Translations under genes and position numbers: made by a program
Notes under the pieces: generated by a model
Told to the model about the DNA's origin: nothing
The model's database searches: none
The model's input: the letters and a program-made list of their open reading frames with translations, nothing else
DNA from: Nitriliruptoraceae bacterium
Lineage (GTDB): Bacteria > Actinomycetota > Nitriliruptoria > Nitriliruptorales > Nitriliruptoraceae
Direction of reading: 5' to 3'
DNA length: 52,013 nt
Assembly: GCA_035267125.1 (NCBI GenBank)
Contig: DATFMD010000380.1
Span: 1-52,013, forward strand
In this document: piece after piece, positions 28,101-43,100 of the stretch
How the letters are laid out: each line of letters begins with the position of its first letter
How positions within the stretch are numbered: the first letter of the stretch is position 1

Positions 28101-31100
28101 CCGCGAACACGATCCGCATCCTCGGCCACGGGTTCGCGGACGGCGAGGCGGTCGGCTACTCACCCGGCTCGGTGGCAGTGGCGTTGGGGGACGTGGAGGC
28201 CCCGCCGATCAGTGGTCTCGACGAGCCCGAGATCACCTGGTACGTCCAGTACGTCGATGCCGACACCGTCCGCCTGGCGAGGGCCCCGACGATCGCCCTC
28301 GACTACGTGCCGCCAACGGGACCGACGTCGACGCACCGGTTGTCCACGCTGGCGTCCCTGGCGATCGGTTCGGTCACGACCGCGAACGACACGCTCGCCT
28401 TCGCCAGCCCGCACGGATTCTCCACCGGTGATGTCGTCACCTACATCGGCTCGGCCGCCAATGCGGGCGGCACCCTCGGGCCCGCGATCGGCGGCATGAC
28501 GACGGGCACCGTGTACGTCGTCGAGGTGGTGGGTGCGACGACGATCCGCTTGCGGGAGGTCGGGGGTGGGCTGGTGGACCTCACGACGGGAACGGGTGGC
28601 TGGACGCATGAGTTGGTCCGCGAGGTGGCACCGCTGACGTTCGATCCGGGCACCGCCGTCGACGCGCTGCGCAACAGCCTCGACTTCGCCACGCCCCACG
28701 GGCTCTCCAACGGCACGGCGGTCGTCTACCGAACCGACGCCGCCCGATCGACCACCGTGCCCCTGGGTCCGGTGCGGTTCACGACGGGCCTCATGGTCGT
28801 CAACGACACCACGCTGACCGTGGCAGGCGATCACGTCGCATCGATCCAGGTCGGCAAGGCCGTCACGTTGGCCGTGACCGGCGGGACGGTCATGGCACAG
28901 GTCGTGTCGGCCACCCACGACGCCGCCACCGGACTGACCACGGTGGTGGTGGACCTGCCGATCCTGGCCGGAGTTGCCTCGATCGCCGAGGCGCGCTTCG
29001 ACAACGACTTCATGGTCGTGGTTCCCGACGCCCCGATCGGTGACCTCGAGGACGGCGGGTTGTACTTCGTCGTCGTGGTGGATGTCGACACCATCCGCCT
29101 CGTGGCAAGCCAGGCCGCCGTGGCGTTGGCCGCGCCGGTGGACCTTGCCATGGCCGACGACCTGGACGGGACCGGACTGGGTGACGATCACGCCCTGTCG
29201 ACGTCGGGGTGCACGGCCGGCGTCTGCATCCTTGCCACGTTGTCCGCGACCAACGCCATCAACGCGGCGTCGGAGATCAGTGACCCCTCCAGTCCGGCCG
29301 CCAGCATCGCCGGCGGGTTGACCGGGGGATTCGGCAATGTCGACGAGATGATCGGCGCCATCGCGGCCATCGGCCAGCTTGCCACCAAGAAGTCGGCCAC
29401 CGTGCCGACCGGCAGCAGCCAGACCTTCCAACTCGCCGGTGCCGTTGGCATCAACTACCTGGTCCACACCGTCGACGTGATCGTTGGGTGCGACCATCTC
29501 GTGACTCCCGGCTGCACGAGCCACGCCCAGATCACCTCGGCGAGTGGCATCGAGATCGCCGCCAGCATCGAGCAGGCCGCCCAGGTCGCCGTCACCAGCG
29601 GGGCCACCAGGTGCGACACCGGGACCAACGGGTCCTGCACCGCTCCTGCCGGTTCCGGCAGTGGCACCACGATCGGCGTCGCGATCGCGGTCGGTCTCGG
29701 ACTGTTCACCAACACGGCACGGGTGACGGTCAAGGACGGCGCGAGCCTGGACGCCCACGACGGGATCGTCATCGACAGCGCCGTCGCCTACGGGTTCCTG
29801 CTGGCCAACCCCCTCAGCGCAATCAACCCGCTGGACTACCTGCGCAACACTGGCCCGGACGGCTGGGCCTACTTCAACGACGGCACGCTCGGGTTCTCCT
29901 CCAACCTGTTCAACACCTGGGTGATGACCTCGGCCAGCGAGTCCGACGTCTCGGGCGGCGTGTCGTTCGCACTCAATTCCTACACCAACACGGCCACGGC
30001 CACGATCGCAAGCGGCGCCCGGATCAACCAGTCCACACTGCCGACCTACACCAGCGGTGACCAGGGCGTGGATGTCTCGGCAGGCATCACGATGAACTTG
30101 ATCGGCATCGTGGGGGTCGGGGGCCTCAGCCTGAGCATCAGTGGCGGCATCGGGTCCTACGAGAGCGTGCGGGACGCGGCCAAGCAGGGGGCCGGCCGCG
30201 GCGGGCAGGCCCTCGAGGGCATCAAGTCGCTGGTCAATCCCTTCGGGGCCGAGGGCGGCAAGGCCGGCATCGGCGCATCCATCCTGGTCGAGGTGTTCAG
30301 CAACACCGCGCGGGCGGCAATCGAGTCCGGGGCCGCGATCCGTGCCGGACCCGGCGGCCTCGCCGTCACCTCCACCACCGACATCTTCACCTTCGCCCTG
30401 GCCCAGGCGGGCGGCAAGGGCAGCACTCTCGGCCTCAGCGGTGCCGTCACGGTTGCCGACCTGACCAACACCACCACCGCCATCATCGGCTCCGGCGCCC
30501 GGGTCACCAGCGGCGGCACCCTGAGTGTCGACGCCCACGACACGCTCGACCGGATCGCCATTGCCGGGGCCGTGTCCGCCGCAAAGCAGATCGGCGCCGG
30601 AGTCTCGATCGGCATCAACCTGGTCGACCGCTCGACCGTCGCCGCCATCGGCGGGTGGGACCCCGTCACGGCGACAAGGATCGACCCGTCGCTGCCAGCC
30701 CCTGCCAGCCCCGTCGTGATCACCGTCGCCGACGACGTCACCATCGCGGCCACGTCGGACGGCAGCATCGTCGCCGTGGTGCTGGGCGGGGCGATCGCCG
30801 GCGTCAACGCCGGGGACACGAACCCCCAATCCACCAGTTCCCAGCCCAGGGGCTTCGACCTGTCGGCCGCCGTGACGGTCTCGGTCGGCGTCAACATCGT
30901 CGAGCAGAACTCCGTCCTGGCCTACGTGGACGACGTCGACGTCACGACTGGCGGGGCCATCGCCGTCGGCGCCACCACGATGCCCGAACTGCTGGCCATC
31001 GTGGTTGCCCTCGCGGTCAAGATCGACAAGCCCTCGGGCAGCACCGCCAGGTCCGGAGGATTCAGCGTCGACTTGTCGATCGCCGGGGCTGTGGCCGTGA

Positions 31101-34100
31101 ACGAGGTCGATGACGACGTCCGAGCGTTCGCCTCCGACACGACCCTGCGCGGCGCCGATGTGAGCGTCGCTGCCATCCACACCAGTTCCGTCGACGCCGA
31201 TGCCGGTGGCGTGGCCATCATGGCCTTCATCGGCAGCAAGCCCGGCACGCTCTCGGCGGCCGTCGGCGTCTCGGTCGCCATCAACACCATCGTGGCCCAC
31301 GTGACCGCCACCCTGGACGGGGCCGCCGTCCATGCCACCGGTGCCGTCGCGGTGACCGCCTCGGCCGCACCCACGATCCAGGCACTGACGATCGCGGGGG
31401 CGATCAACGTGGTGGTCGGTGGGGGCTCGGGCTCGGCAAGTTCGGGTGCGACACTGGCGCTGACGGGCGGTGGCGCCGGTTCGGGCAACGTCGTCGTCTC
31501 GACGGTGAAGGCGCGAGTCCAGGACGCGACGGTCAACGCCGGCGGCGACGTCACCGTCACGGCCGACGACACCTCGACCATCACGGCCGATGCCGGCGGG
31601 GTCGCGATCGCGGTCACCGTGGTGCCGGGTTCGGGCGGGTCGGGGGCGGACTTCCTGGTCGGGATCGGCGTGGCCGTCAACCGCATCGGTCGCGGTGACA
31701 CCGACACCGGCAACCAGGTGTCGGCCATCGTGCGTGGATCGACCGTCGACGCGGGTGGTCGGGTCCGCGTGGCCGCCACCTCCTCCGCCACGATCGATGC
31801 ACTGACCTTCGGGATCACCGTCGACATCGACGTGTCCAGCAGCAGCGGACTGGGTGTCGACGGCAGCCTCGGCGGATCGTTCAACACCATCCACGAGAGC
31901 CGCACACTGGCGACGATCGACCAGTCCAGCACGGTCACGGCCGACCAGCACGTCGAGGTCCACGCGACGGACACGTCCACGATCGAGGCCGACGCCGGTG
32001 GCTTCTCCTTGGCCCTCGCCATCGGTGACGGCAGCGGCCTCGATGCCTCGGTCGGTGTCGGTGTGGCCATCAACTTCATCGGTGGGACCGGCGACGGCGA
32101 CCGCGGTGCCGTCACCGCGCTGATCGATGCCTCGACGGTCACCGGCGGCACGGGCGTGTCCGTCGTGGCCACCTCGACCCAGGTCATCGACGCGCTCACG
32201 CTGGGAGGGGCGTTGAACGGCCAGATCGGCGGTGGCAGCGGGGTCGAGCTCGCCGGTGGCGGTGCCGGGGCGAAGAACACCATCAGGGTGGACGTACTGG
32301 CAACGATCCGGGGCTCCAGCACTGCAGGTGGCCCACGCGCCGTCGTCACGGCCACGACCGGGTCGGTGCGGGTCGAGGCCAGCGATGCCGCGCGCATCAC
32401 TGCGGACGCTGGCGGGTTCGCGATCGTGCTCAAGATCGGGGATGGCAATGGTGTGAACGCCGCCGTGGGTGTCGCCGTCGCGATCAACGACATCGCCAAC
32501 ACCGTGCGCGCGGTCGTGTCACGCGCAACCGTGACTGCGGACAGCGTCGTGGTGCGTGCGCACGTTCCCGTCACGGCGACTGTCGACTCGCTCGTCCTGG
32601 GTGGTGCCGGTGGCCTCCACGTCGGGACGGGCAACTCCAACTCGCTGGACTTGTCGGCCGGCGTCGCGGTGGCAATCAACACCATCGCCAACGTCGTTGC
32701 CGCCATCGTGGAGCAGGGTGCCTCGGTGACCGCCCGGACGGGAGCGGTCGCCGTCACGGCCGCGGACAGGGCAATGATCGTCGCCGATGCGGGCGGGTTC
32801 GCGCTGACCATCGCCGTCAAGCCCGCTGGCGGCAACGGGGCCGCGGTGTCGGCAGGTGTCTCGGTTGCCAACAACACGATCACGACTGACGTGCTGGCCA
32901 CAGTGCGTTCCGGGTCCGTGACGACGGGCACGGGGTCCTCGACGGGCACCGACGTCTTCGTGCGGGCCACCTCGACAGCGTCGGTCGCCGCCTTGTCGGT
33001 GTCCGTGGGCGGGTCGGTGAGCGTGACCGTCGGCAGCGGTGTCGGTGGCGCGGTCGGCGTGGCCTACGCAGGTGCCACCAACCGACTGGCCGGGACTGTT
33101 CGCGCCGAGATCACGTCTCTGGCCGGCGGAGCTCGGTCCAGCGTGACTGCGGACGGCGACATCGAGGTCGAGGCCACCGACACGGCCACGATCACGGCGA
33201 CGTACATCGTGATCTCGGCAGCGGTGTCGATCGGGGTGGGCAAGGGCGGAAGCGGAGCCGGTGCCGTGTCGATCACGGTGGCGGGCAACACGATCGATCG
33301 AACCGTCGAAGGGCTGGTCGGATCGGCCACGCTCGATGCCGGCGGTGCCGTGGCGATCAGGGCCACGACGTCGCGGTCCGTCACGGTCGTGTCCACCTCG
33401 GTCGGTGTCACGGTCGCCCTGCAGATCAGCAAGGCTCCGATCTCGCTGGGCATCACCGTGCTCTCGGTCGAGACGATCAACCGGGTGGGTGGTGCAACTC
33501 GCGCACGCATCGCAGCGACCGCGATCGTCACGTCGCGCGGAACCGGGATCATCGTCGCGGCGCGCGACACCACGACCATGGATGCGTCGGTTGACGCGGT
33601 CGGAGTCTCACTGGCGTTGCTCGCTGCCACCGCGGTGCTGGTCACGGCGACGAACACCGCCGACGGGGAACTGGCCAGCACTGTCGCGGGCACCCTGACC
33701 GCCACGACCGGCGCGGTCGACGTGTCCGCGACCTCGATGATCGACATCGTGCGCACACGCGCGTTGTCGGTCGCCGTCGCAATCGGCATCGCGGGCGCGG
33801 GCACCGGCCCCAAGATCACGGCGACGATCGGTGGGTCGACGATCGCACGGATCGACGGCGGTGCCAGCGTCACCGCCCACGGTGCGGTCACGGTCGCTGC
33901 GAACCAAACCGCCATGCTCGAGGTCATCGCGAACGGGGGGTCTGGCTCCCTGATCGCCGCGGACATCCTGGAAGCCACCGGCACCGTCGAGCGGGACGTG
34001 CGCGCGATCATCGCACGAGGTGGCAGTGTCAGCGCGGCCTCGCTCGCGGTCACTGCCGTTGCCGATGACCTCGATGCCAAGGTCTCCAGTGAACTCGGCA

Positions 34101-37100
34101 ACGTCGGTGTGGCCGGTTCCGGCATCGCACTCACCGTGACCGCCACCGTCAGCAGCGACGTCGAGGCCCGAGTTGGTGACGAGACCGGGGCGACCGGGGC
34201 GGGGGCGAGCGTCATCGACGTCACCGGCGCTTTCCTGATCGCGGCGACGTCGAAGGCCGCCACCGCGACGGCCGACGTCCGCGGCGGCTCCGGCTCTGTG
34301 CTGATCGCGGTCACCCTCATGAGCGCGACGGCCGAGGTCACCGGCACCACGACCGCCCGGCTGGGTTCGCTGGGTGCGGGGAGTTTCGATGTCGGTTCGT
34401 TGCAGGTGGTGGCGGACGAGCAGGACCGCCTCGCCGACGCCGACCTGCTGATTGTCTCGGTCGGCCTGCTGGGATCCGGCCTGGGCGGAGAGGATGGCAA
34501 CCTGCCGGTCAAGGCGAGGGTCGACGGCGACATCACCGCGGAGGTTGCTCCCGGTGTCGCAGTCACTGTCGACGGCGCGGTGATCGTGGACGCGACCGGA
34601 CGGGCAGACGCGGACGCTCGGGCCGATGGTGGGGCCGGGTGCCTGGGGTTCTGCGTGGCCATCATCGACGTCGAGGCGTCCAACGACCTGGATGTCCGGG
34701 CCGGCATCGCCGCGAATGCGCACCTGTCGGCCGGGAGCCTGTCGATCACCGCCGCAACAGCGTTGCAGATCGACGGCGCCGTCATCGTGGGCCAGGGAGC
34801 GATCATCGGTGGTGGTGGCCGTGCCCAGGCCGACGCCACGGCCAGTGGCGCGGTCACGGCCGTGGTCGGGGACCAGGCGGATCTCACCCTGGCCGGCGGA
34901 CCCGTGCTCGTCGAGGCGAAGTCGGACGTGCGTGGCTTCGCCGATGTCCTGATCGCCACGGGCAACCTGTTGGTCGGTGGTCGCGAGGCCAAGGCCACGA
35001 CCGACCTGACCCACACCACCGAGGCCCGGATCGGCGAGCGTGCAACGGTCGTCGTCCGCGGTGGCCCCGACGACGATGCTGCCGACGTCACGATCCGTGC
35101 CACGTCGACGGTCGAGGGGGACGCCAAGGCACAGTCCTACGGCGGTGCGATCCTGGGCGACGGTGGTGCCGCTCGCGCAACCACCACGGTGACCCCGGTG
35201 GTGCTGGCGACCATCGGTGCGTCGAGCCGTCTGGACGTGGATGGCGACGTCACGCTCGAGGCCGTGTTCGCGAACACCGGTTCGGCGCCCAGTGCAGAGG
35301 TGGTGGCCATCGACCCGGATGCCGAGACGGTCACCGTCGACACCGGGTTGCGACTGCGTGACGGCGACATCGTCACGTTCGGGAACGGCACCCTGCCCAC
35401 GTCGCTCGTGAGCGGTCGGCAGTACCAGGTGCTCGTGGTCGCGCCCGGCGTGGTCCAGTTGGGGTCGATGCTCGACGGGAGCAGCATTGATGCCACCCGC
35501 GACACCATCACCTTCGGCGGTGAGCACATGTTCGCGACCGGAGACCGCGTCCGGGTCGTGGCCCGGACACTGGGCGGGTTCGACCCGGCGACCAACGTGG
35601 ATGATGCCGCCGACAGCATTCGACTGGACGTCCGTACGGCACTGCGAACGGGAGATGCGGTCGTCTACCGCAATGCCGATGGTGTCGCCGTTGGGGGGCT
35701 GGTGGACGGGACCACGTACTGGGTGGTGGTCGACCCGACTGATTCGCAGCGGATCAGGCTGGCGGCGTCACGCGCCGACGCCATGGCTGCCGTCCCAGTC
35801 GTGATCGACCTGACGGCGACCACCGAGTCCGGCCAGCGTGACACCTTCATCGGGGTCCTGGACGGCATCGATCCTGCGACCACGTACGTCGTCTCCGTGG
35901 TCGATGACCGCACCATCAAGCTCCTTACCGGGAGCGAGGCGCCGTCACTGGCCTTCACCGGTGCCGACGTTGCCGCGGACACGATCACGATCGTGGGCCA
36001 TGGGTTCCTCGATGGCCAGCACGTCACGTACACGGGGCCGGGTGGCGCGATCGAGTTCAGCTGGGACCTGGTCGACGCGGTCACGACCGTCCAGACCATC
36101 GAAGGCCGGTCCGTGCCCATCCCGAAGGTGTCGAGCACCGGCGACGTCGCGGTGGACGTCGACCTCGACACCATCTACGTGGGGCCCGATCACGGGCTGA
36201 CCACCGGCACGGTGGTCCGCTACCACGCGCCGACTGGTGGACCGGCCATTGTCGGCCTGGTCAACGGGCAGGACTACCGGGTGATCGTCGTGACCCGACC
36301 CGGGGCCACCGTGTCCGCGGAGGTGCAGCTCGCTGCCGCCGGCTCCGTCACCGCCGTGCGCTTCTCGTCGGACTTCTTCAACGGGGCGGCCTGGGACGGC
36401 GACACGATCCGGCGGGTGGACGGCCAGTCGTGGGCCGCGTTCGGCTTCGCGACCGGCCAGGTCATCACCATCGCCGGTTCCCTCGGAAACGACGGTGACT
36501 GGACCATCAGCTCGGTGAGCGGTGCCACCCTGGTGCTCACCACGCAGAACGTGATCCTGGACACTGTCTTCGCCGACGACGTGATCGAGGTCACGAGTGG
36601 CGTGATCGCGATCGATCGGTTGCGCACGAGCGTGACCTGGACCAGTGACGCCTCGAACGGGCTCGCATACGACAACGACATCGTGCGTCGCGCGGACGGG
36701 CAGAACTGGTCGGCGTTCGGGTTCGCCGCCGGCCAGCGCGTGTTCGTCGTCGGCTCGGGGGCCAACAGCGACACCTACGTCATCCGCCGGCTCGATGGCG
36801 ACGTGATGGTGCTGGACATGAAGAACCGGGTGGTGGACACGGTCGTCAGCGAGCAGGTCACGATCAGCGAGATCGGGACGTACAGCATCACGCGGCTGCC
36901 ACGCCTGGACATCGGGGGGTTGGTCGACGGCGTGACCTACTACGTCCGGCGACTCGACGACGACGAGTTCCAGTTGGCGGCGACACCGGGTGGCGCCCCG
37001 CTGGCACTGGACGGCAGCGGCCGGACGCTCACGCACTTCATTGGCACGACCGGGATCGACCTCGGTCCGGGATCGGGCCGCCACGCCGTCGTGCTCGATC

Positions 37101-40100
37101 TGGACACGAGCACCGGGACCTTCGACGTGCTCGGACCGGAAGGCGAGGACCTCGCCGAAATCCTCGGCACCGGTGGCGACGGTCAGTCCACTGCCATCGC
37201 GCTCGGCGGGTCCGGTGCGCTTGGCGTGTCGGCATCGGAACCTCGCACCACGATCACCGTGTCCCCCTGGGTGGTTGCCTGTGTGGGTGACCAGGAGGCA
37301 ACCACCGAAGCCTGTGATGGCTCCGCCACGGGTGCTGCACGCACCACCGTCGTCGCGGCCGGCGCGATCACGGTTGCCGCCGAATCGACCGCGGATGTCT
37401 ACACCAACGTCGACGTCCGTTCCGGAGGCATCGTCCAGGTCGGCGTGGCCCGCTCGAAGGGCGTCCTCGAGCCGGTCACGCTGGCGATCGTCGGGACCCG
37501 CAGCCGACTCGAGGGCGCCAACGTCAGTGTCGTCGCCACGATGACGGCCACCCTGAAGGTCACCACCACGGCGGCCGGCGGCGGCGTGGTGGCCGTGTCG
37601 GATGCCGACGCCTCGGGGACCATCGACTTCCTCACCCTGGCAGCGTTCGACAGCGACACCGACGTGACGGCACGTGACGGCATCGTGGGTCATGCCACCA
37701 CCACGGTCTCCGGCACGGTCGAGGCGACCTCGTTCGCCGCTGGTGGTGCCTTCTGGGCCAGCGCCGACGCCAACTTCGACAACATCTCCGAGTTCACGCC
37801 GGCGGGTCTGAAGGTGGTCGGCCAATCGCTCGTGCTGGTGGCCTCGGGTGCCCGTTTGTCTGCCGAGACCGTGTCGCTGGTGGCACGAGTCCCGCACCTC
37901 AGCGCGGCTTCCCGGGCCGGGGCGGAGTCATTCGCCGTCGTCGTCTTCCTGGCGGTCACGAAGGCCTATGCCGTTGCCAACACCTTCGTCGACGTTGGCG
38001 CCCACGTGGTGGTGGAGAGCGGCGTGACCCGCCAGACCCTCGTCGAGGGCCGCCGCGGTGTCGACCTTCGTGCCCTTGCCGACAGCGTGTCGATCGTGCG
38101 CAGAGCGGGGCGGCTCGCCGTCGGCCTCATCCCGCCGCAGGGAGCCTTTGCCGGACCGTGCGACTCCACCGGCGACTGCAAGCGCGCGTTGATCTTCTAC
38201 ACGCGAGGGACGATCTGGGTCGGCACTGGCGTCGACGTCGGCGCCAACGTGCACATCGTTGCCGGTGCCCGCGACGCGGCCGCATCCGCGCTCGCCCACC
38301 CGCAGACGGGTGGTGCCGCCTACCCCGCGCTTGCGCTGTTCGTGGAGTCGCATGTCGGGACGACCACGGACAAGCCCGAATCCTGGAAGGTGTGGACCCA
38401 GGAGGGCTACTTCGACGACCATCTGTCGAGCCTGCGGACCACGTCCGATGCGATCCTCGACGGAGACGTGACGATCCTCGGTGGCCGCCGGGGTGCCCCG
38501 ACCCTGGTGGTGGACGAGGCCGGGATCATCCGTGCCGCCAACGGGGTACAGATCCGCTGTGACCAGGCCATCGCCGGGGTCTGTGCGGCCGGACAGTTGC
38601 GCGACGCCACGGTCGGCACCCTCGTCGATCCGGACGACAACGGCAGCTACCGAGTGGTCGTGGTGAACGAGGGCGGCGCCAATGTCCTCGTCGCGGCCGA
38701 CAGCCTGATCGCCAACGGTGGGCGCGCCACGCTGCCGTGGCCCCTGTGGACCTTCGCCGACACGCTGGCCGGCGTGACCATCGTCGACCATTCCGACGTT
38801 CGCCTCGTGATCGAGGGCATCGACGTCGTCGCACCTGCCACTGCCCGGCCCACGGTGTGGTTGGTCACCGAGCGCGACAATGCGGACCCGGTCGAACCGA
38901 CCACGCCCTACAGGCTCCAGTTCGACCTGCGGCGCACGGCAGGGGAGCCGTTCGTCGACGTCCAGAAGTGGGGCAACGCGATCCTCGAGGTGGCCGGCAC
39001 CATCACCAACCCGACGGGCTGGACCCACCTGCTGGCCGTCCTGTCCGACATCGAGGGCGGCACCGGCTGGGTCGTCACCAACGTGGCCCACATCGAGGCC
39101 GTTGCCGGTGCGATCGGCACGGTGACCCGCCTGCAGGTCAAGCTCGTGCAGAGCATCGACCGCGGCCGCGACGTTGCTGCCACCGGCGACGACGTCCTGC
39201 GCACCACCCAACTGCATGCCCGCGCAGCCGGAGACGTCGTGCTGCGCCTGTGGGCTGCCGACCGCGTGCCGATGTCCCACCCGCTCAACGGGCCGTTCGT
39301 CGTCTGGATCGACCGGGTCGAGTCGCGCGCGGGCGACGTCGACCTCGACCTGCTCGACAGCGTTCGCGAGCACGGCAGTGCCACCCCGGGCGCCGTGCGG
39401 GTGATCGTGTTCGACAGTCAGGCCGGCATCCCCGGCACCTCCGGCGCCCCCGTCCTGGACCACGTCTACACCGACCACTTCCTGCCGGACGCCGGTGGGG
39501 CCGTCGGACTCGACCCCGGGGCCTACGCGACATCGGGAACCTGCACCGCCACCGACACCACCGACTGCATCCCGAGCATCTACCGCTTCCAGCAGCGTGG
39601 CACGTTCCCGTCGCGCACGACCGCGACCTGGTCCGGGACCGGGCTGGCCTGGGACGCCTACGACCCGGGCGTGCGGGTGAGTCGAGACGCCACCGTCCCG
39701 GGCGGGACCCCCGTGGCAGGCCTGGTCGCGGCCGGCCATCTCGACGTCGTCCACGCCGGACCTGACAGCCCACTGCTGGTCATTGTCGGTTGGGTCGACC
39801 TGGCCGATGCGGGATCGGGGTTCGTGACGGTCGACACCGACGGCCAGGTCCACATCACCGAGACGTCGGGTGACCTGCGCGTGGGACGGATCAGGTCGCG
39901 GCTCGCGCGGGTCGTCCTGGCGGCCCGGACCGGCGGCATCCTCGATGCCGACCCGAGCGACGCCGCCGACGCCACGGACCCGTCCGACGTCATCGGCGTG
40001 GGCATCACCCTCCATGCCCTGGCCGGGTCGATCGGCACCGAGGCCGACTTCCTCGAGATCGACCTGATCGGTGACGCGCCGCTGAGCCGACTGAACGCCG

Positions 40101-43100
40101 ACGCCACCGGGCAGGTGCTGGTCACCGAGACCGCGGGCGACCTGCGGGTCGGGCTGGTCGTCTCGACCCAGGCCTCCGGTGCCGGCACCACTGACGTGGC
40201 GCTGTCCGCGCGGGCCGGTTCGATCCTGGACGGCCTCGGGGACGACAGGGCCGATGTCGTCGCGATCCGCATCGACCTGGGGGCCTTCGGGGGCGGCATC
40301 GGGTCCTCCGCGTTCGACCTTGGTGTCAACTCCTCGAGCACGGCAACGGGCAGCCTGTACCTCTACGCGACCGGACCCATCCGCGTGACCGAGACCGCCG
40401 GCGCGATGCGCCTGCTGGCAGCGATCTCCACACAGGGACTGGTCAGGCTCACCATCCCGGACACCAACCAGACGCGCGCACCCCCCACGGCGGCCGGCGA
40501 CAACTCCACGCCCGAGGACCTCCTCCTGCTCACCCAGGGCAGCGCGATCATCTTCCAGGGCGACGTCCGCACGATCGCGACCGACCCGGGCACGACACCG
40601 GCCCCGACCCCGAACCGCAGCGGGATCTGGGCAGCCCTCGACATCTCCCTGTGGATCGGTGACGACCTGCTCGCCCCGGCCGGCAGCTGGATCGTCGCCG
40701 GTGGGACGATCTTCATCCATGGTGACGTCGATCGCGAGACCGCGAGCCCCACCGCCATCGATCCCGACCCCCATGGCACGCCCGCCGGCACCAACCTCGA
40801 CCCCGGGGGCACCGTGATGGTGTTCGCCGGCACCCTGGGTGGCGTGTTCGACGCCTGCTGGACGGGCATCGCCTGCGGCGGTGCGAACCCCACGGACCTG
40901 GTACGCATCTTCGGCAACACCGAGACCGACTGGGTCACCTTCGACGCGACCCTGTTGGGCGCGGTCACTCGGGTCTACGGCAGTGACGACCTGTCCGCCA
41001 CCAACGAACCGGCCGGTGACGGCGACGACGTGGTCCTGGTCGACCGGCTGCGCTCCACCCCCCACCGCCTGACGATCGACGGACAGCAGGGCTCGGACTT
41101 CACCGAGGTGCGCACCACTGGCAGCCAGGGTGATCGCCGCTCCTACGTCGTCAACGTGCTGGACACGGGGGCGGCCGACGACGGGATCGACCGCCTGCTG
41201 GTGCGTGGCACCGACCTGTCCGACGACGTGTTCCTGCTGCGTGGGGCCAGCGCGATTGCCGGTGAGGTGTCGGACCGCCCGGCCTTCGTGGCGCTGCTGC
41301 ACGACGACGTGGCGGACGCTCGCTGCGGCGTCGACGCCGATCCGGCCTGCACGCGACCCGGTGAGGTCCAGCGCATCAACTACGACGCCGGTCTCGACGA
41401 CCTCACGGGTGGCGTGGAGGTTCGGGGCCTGGCCGGCGACGACACCTTCGCCAGCGACGACACCAGCGCCCCGGTTCGGCTGGACGGTGGCGTCGGCGAC
41501 GACACGTTCCAGGTCGGTCAGTTGTACGGCAGCCGACGGGACCTCGCCGCGGTGGTGGCCGTCGATCGATTCCCGACCACCGCCACCACCCGAGGCTGGC
41601 TGAGCCGGGGCAACAGCCGCGCCATGCTGGCAGCCGGCGGCGCCGGTGACGACGTGTTCCAGGTCTACGCGAACCAGGCACCGCTGCGACTCGAGGGCGA
41701 CGCCGGCAACGACCTGTTCACGGTGCGAGCCTTCGCGCTCGCCGAGACCACTGGTGACTGCGACGATCTCGCCAGCACGACGTGTGCTGTGGTGTGGCGC
41801 GACGAGGCCGGCCGGGTCGCCATGCCCGTGCTGGTCGGGGCCCAGGTGCAGTACGTGGTGAACGAGGTCGTCGAGATCGACGGGGGAGCGGGCTTCGACA
41901 AGACCGTCGCGATCGCGACCGAGTTCGGTGACCACCTGGTCGTCGACGAGACTGGCGTGTACGGGGCCGGCCTGACCGTGTCCGTCACGACGATCGAGGC
42001 GCTCGAGGTCGACGCGATGGAGGGCGACGACCGCATCGACGTGGTTGGCACGGCTGCCGGTCTGGGCACCCGGGTCATCGGTGGACTGGGCAGCGACATC
42101 GTCGGGGTCGCCGGCGACGTCGTCGACGACGTGGTCTCCCAGAAGTCGTTCCCCAAGCGTGCCCATGTCTTGACCGTGCTGCGGGGTCCCCTGGCCGTCG
42201 AGGGTGGCGAGACCGGCGCCGACCGCAGCCTCTGGATCGCGCTGCTGTTGCCGGGCGAGCGCAACGGGCCGTTGTTCGCGATCGCCGCCCAACCGACCGA
42301 GCGCGAACAGGTCGACCTGCTGGGCGTGTACGACGACGGCCGGCCGGTGGGTGCCAGCGGGGAGTTGGGCGCGACCACCGTCACCGGCTTCGGGATGGCC
42401 GGTCCGCTGACCTTCGCGTCGACGGCGTTCGGCGAGTCGACCACGTTGCCGGGGGGCATCTCGTTCGCCGCAACGCTGGTCGCGGGCGGCGTCGTGACCA
42501 CGGACCCGGCCAGGACGACGCTCGAAGTCGTCAGCCTGCTGCTGGGCCCCGGCGCCGACGCGCTGCTCGTCACGGGCTCCGTTGCCCCGGCGGTCGACCT
42601 GTCCACCGGGGTCGTCGCAGCCCATGGGGGACTCACCGTGGTCCACGCTGGCGGTGGCGGCGACCTCGTCACGGTCACGGGCGGCGGGGGCCCGGCTTCC
42701 CCGTTGGTGCTGTACGGCGACACCTCACAAGATGGCCGCTGGTACGGCGGCAGCAGCGCAGCCCTGTCGTTCGTCGACCTGGGCAGCAAGCCGTTCGTCG
42801 GCGTCGTCGGCAGTGCGCCCACGTTCGTCGTCGGCCAGGCGGTCGCGTTCACCGCGCCGGGCAACGACACGATCGACGCAGCGGCCACCGGCACGCCCGG
42901 CGCGGCCATCGGGGTGATCGCCTTCGGCGGGCCGGGCGACGACACCCTGGTCGGGTCGGTGGCCGCCGACGTCCTGGCTGGCGGGTCCGGCGACGACCGC
43001 ATCGAGGGACGTGCCGGCGACGACCACGTCCACGGCGACTCCGGCATCGACGTCGACGTGCGCTCCCGACTGCTCACCGTGCCCACCGTCAACAGCAGCG

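Noticed and set aside
37928-42646. 1572-aa minus-strand ORF (also 28160-31963, 44801-48172 and others)
   Set aside because: Antisense shadows of the GC3-biased giant gene, with no motifs and unnatural composition.
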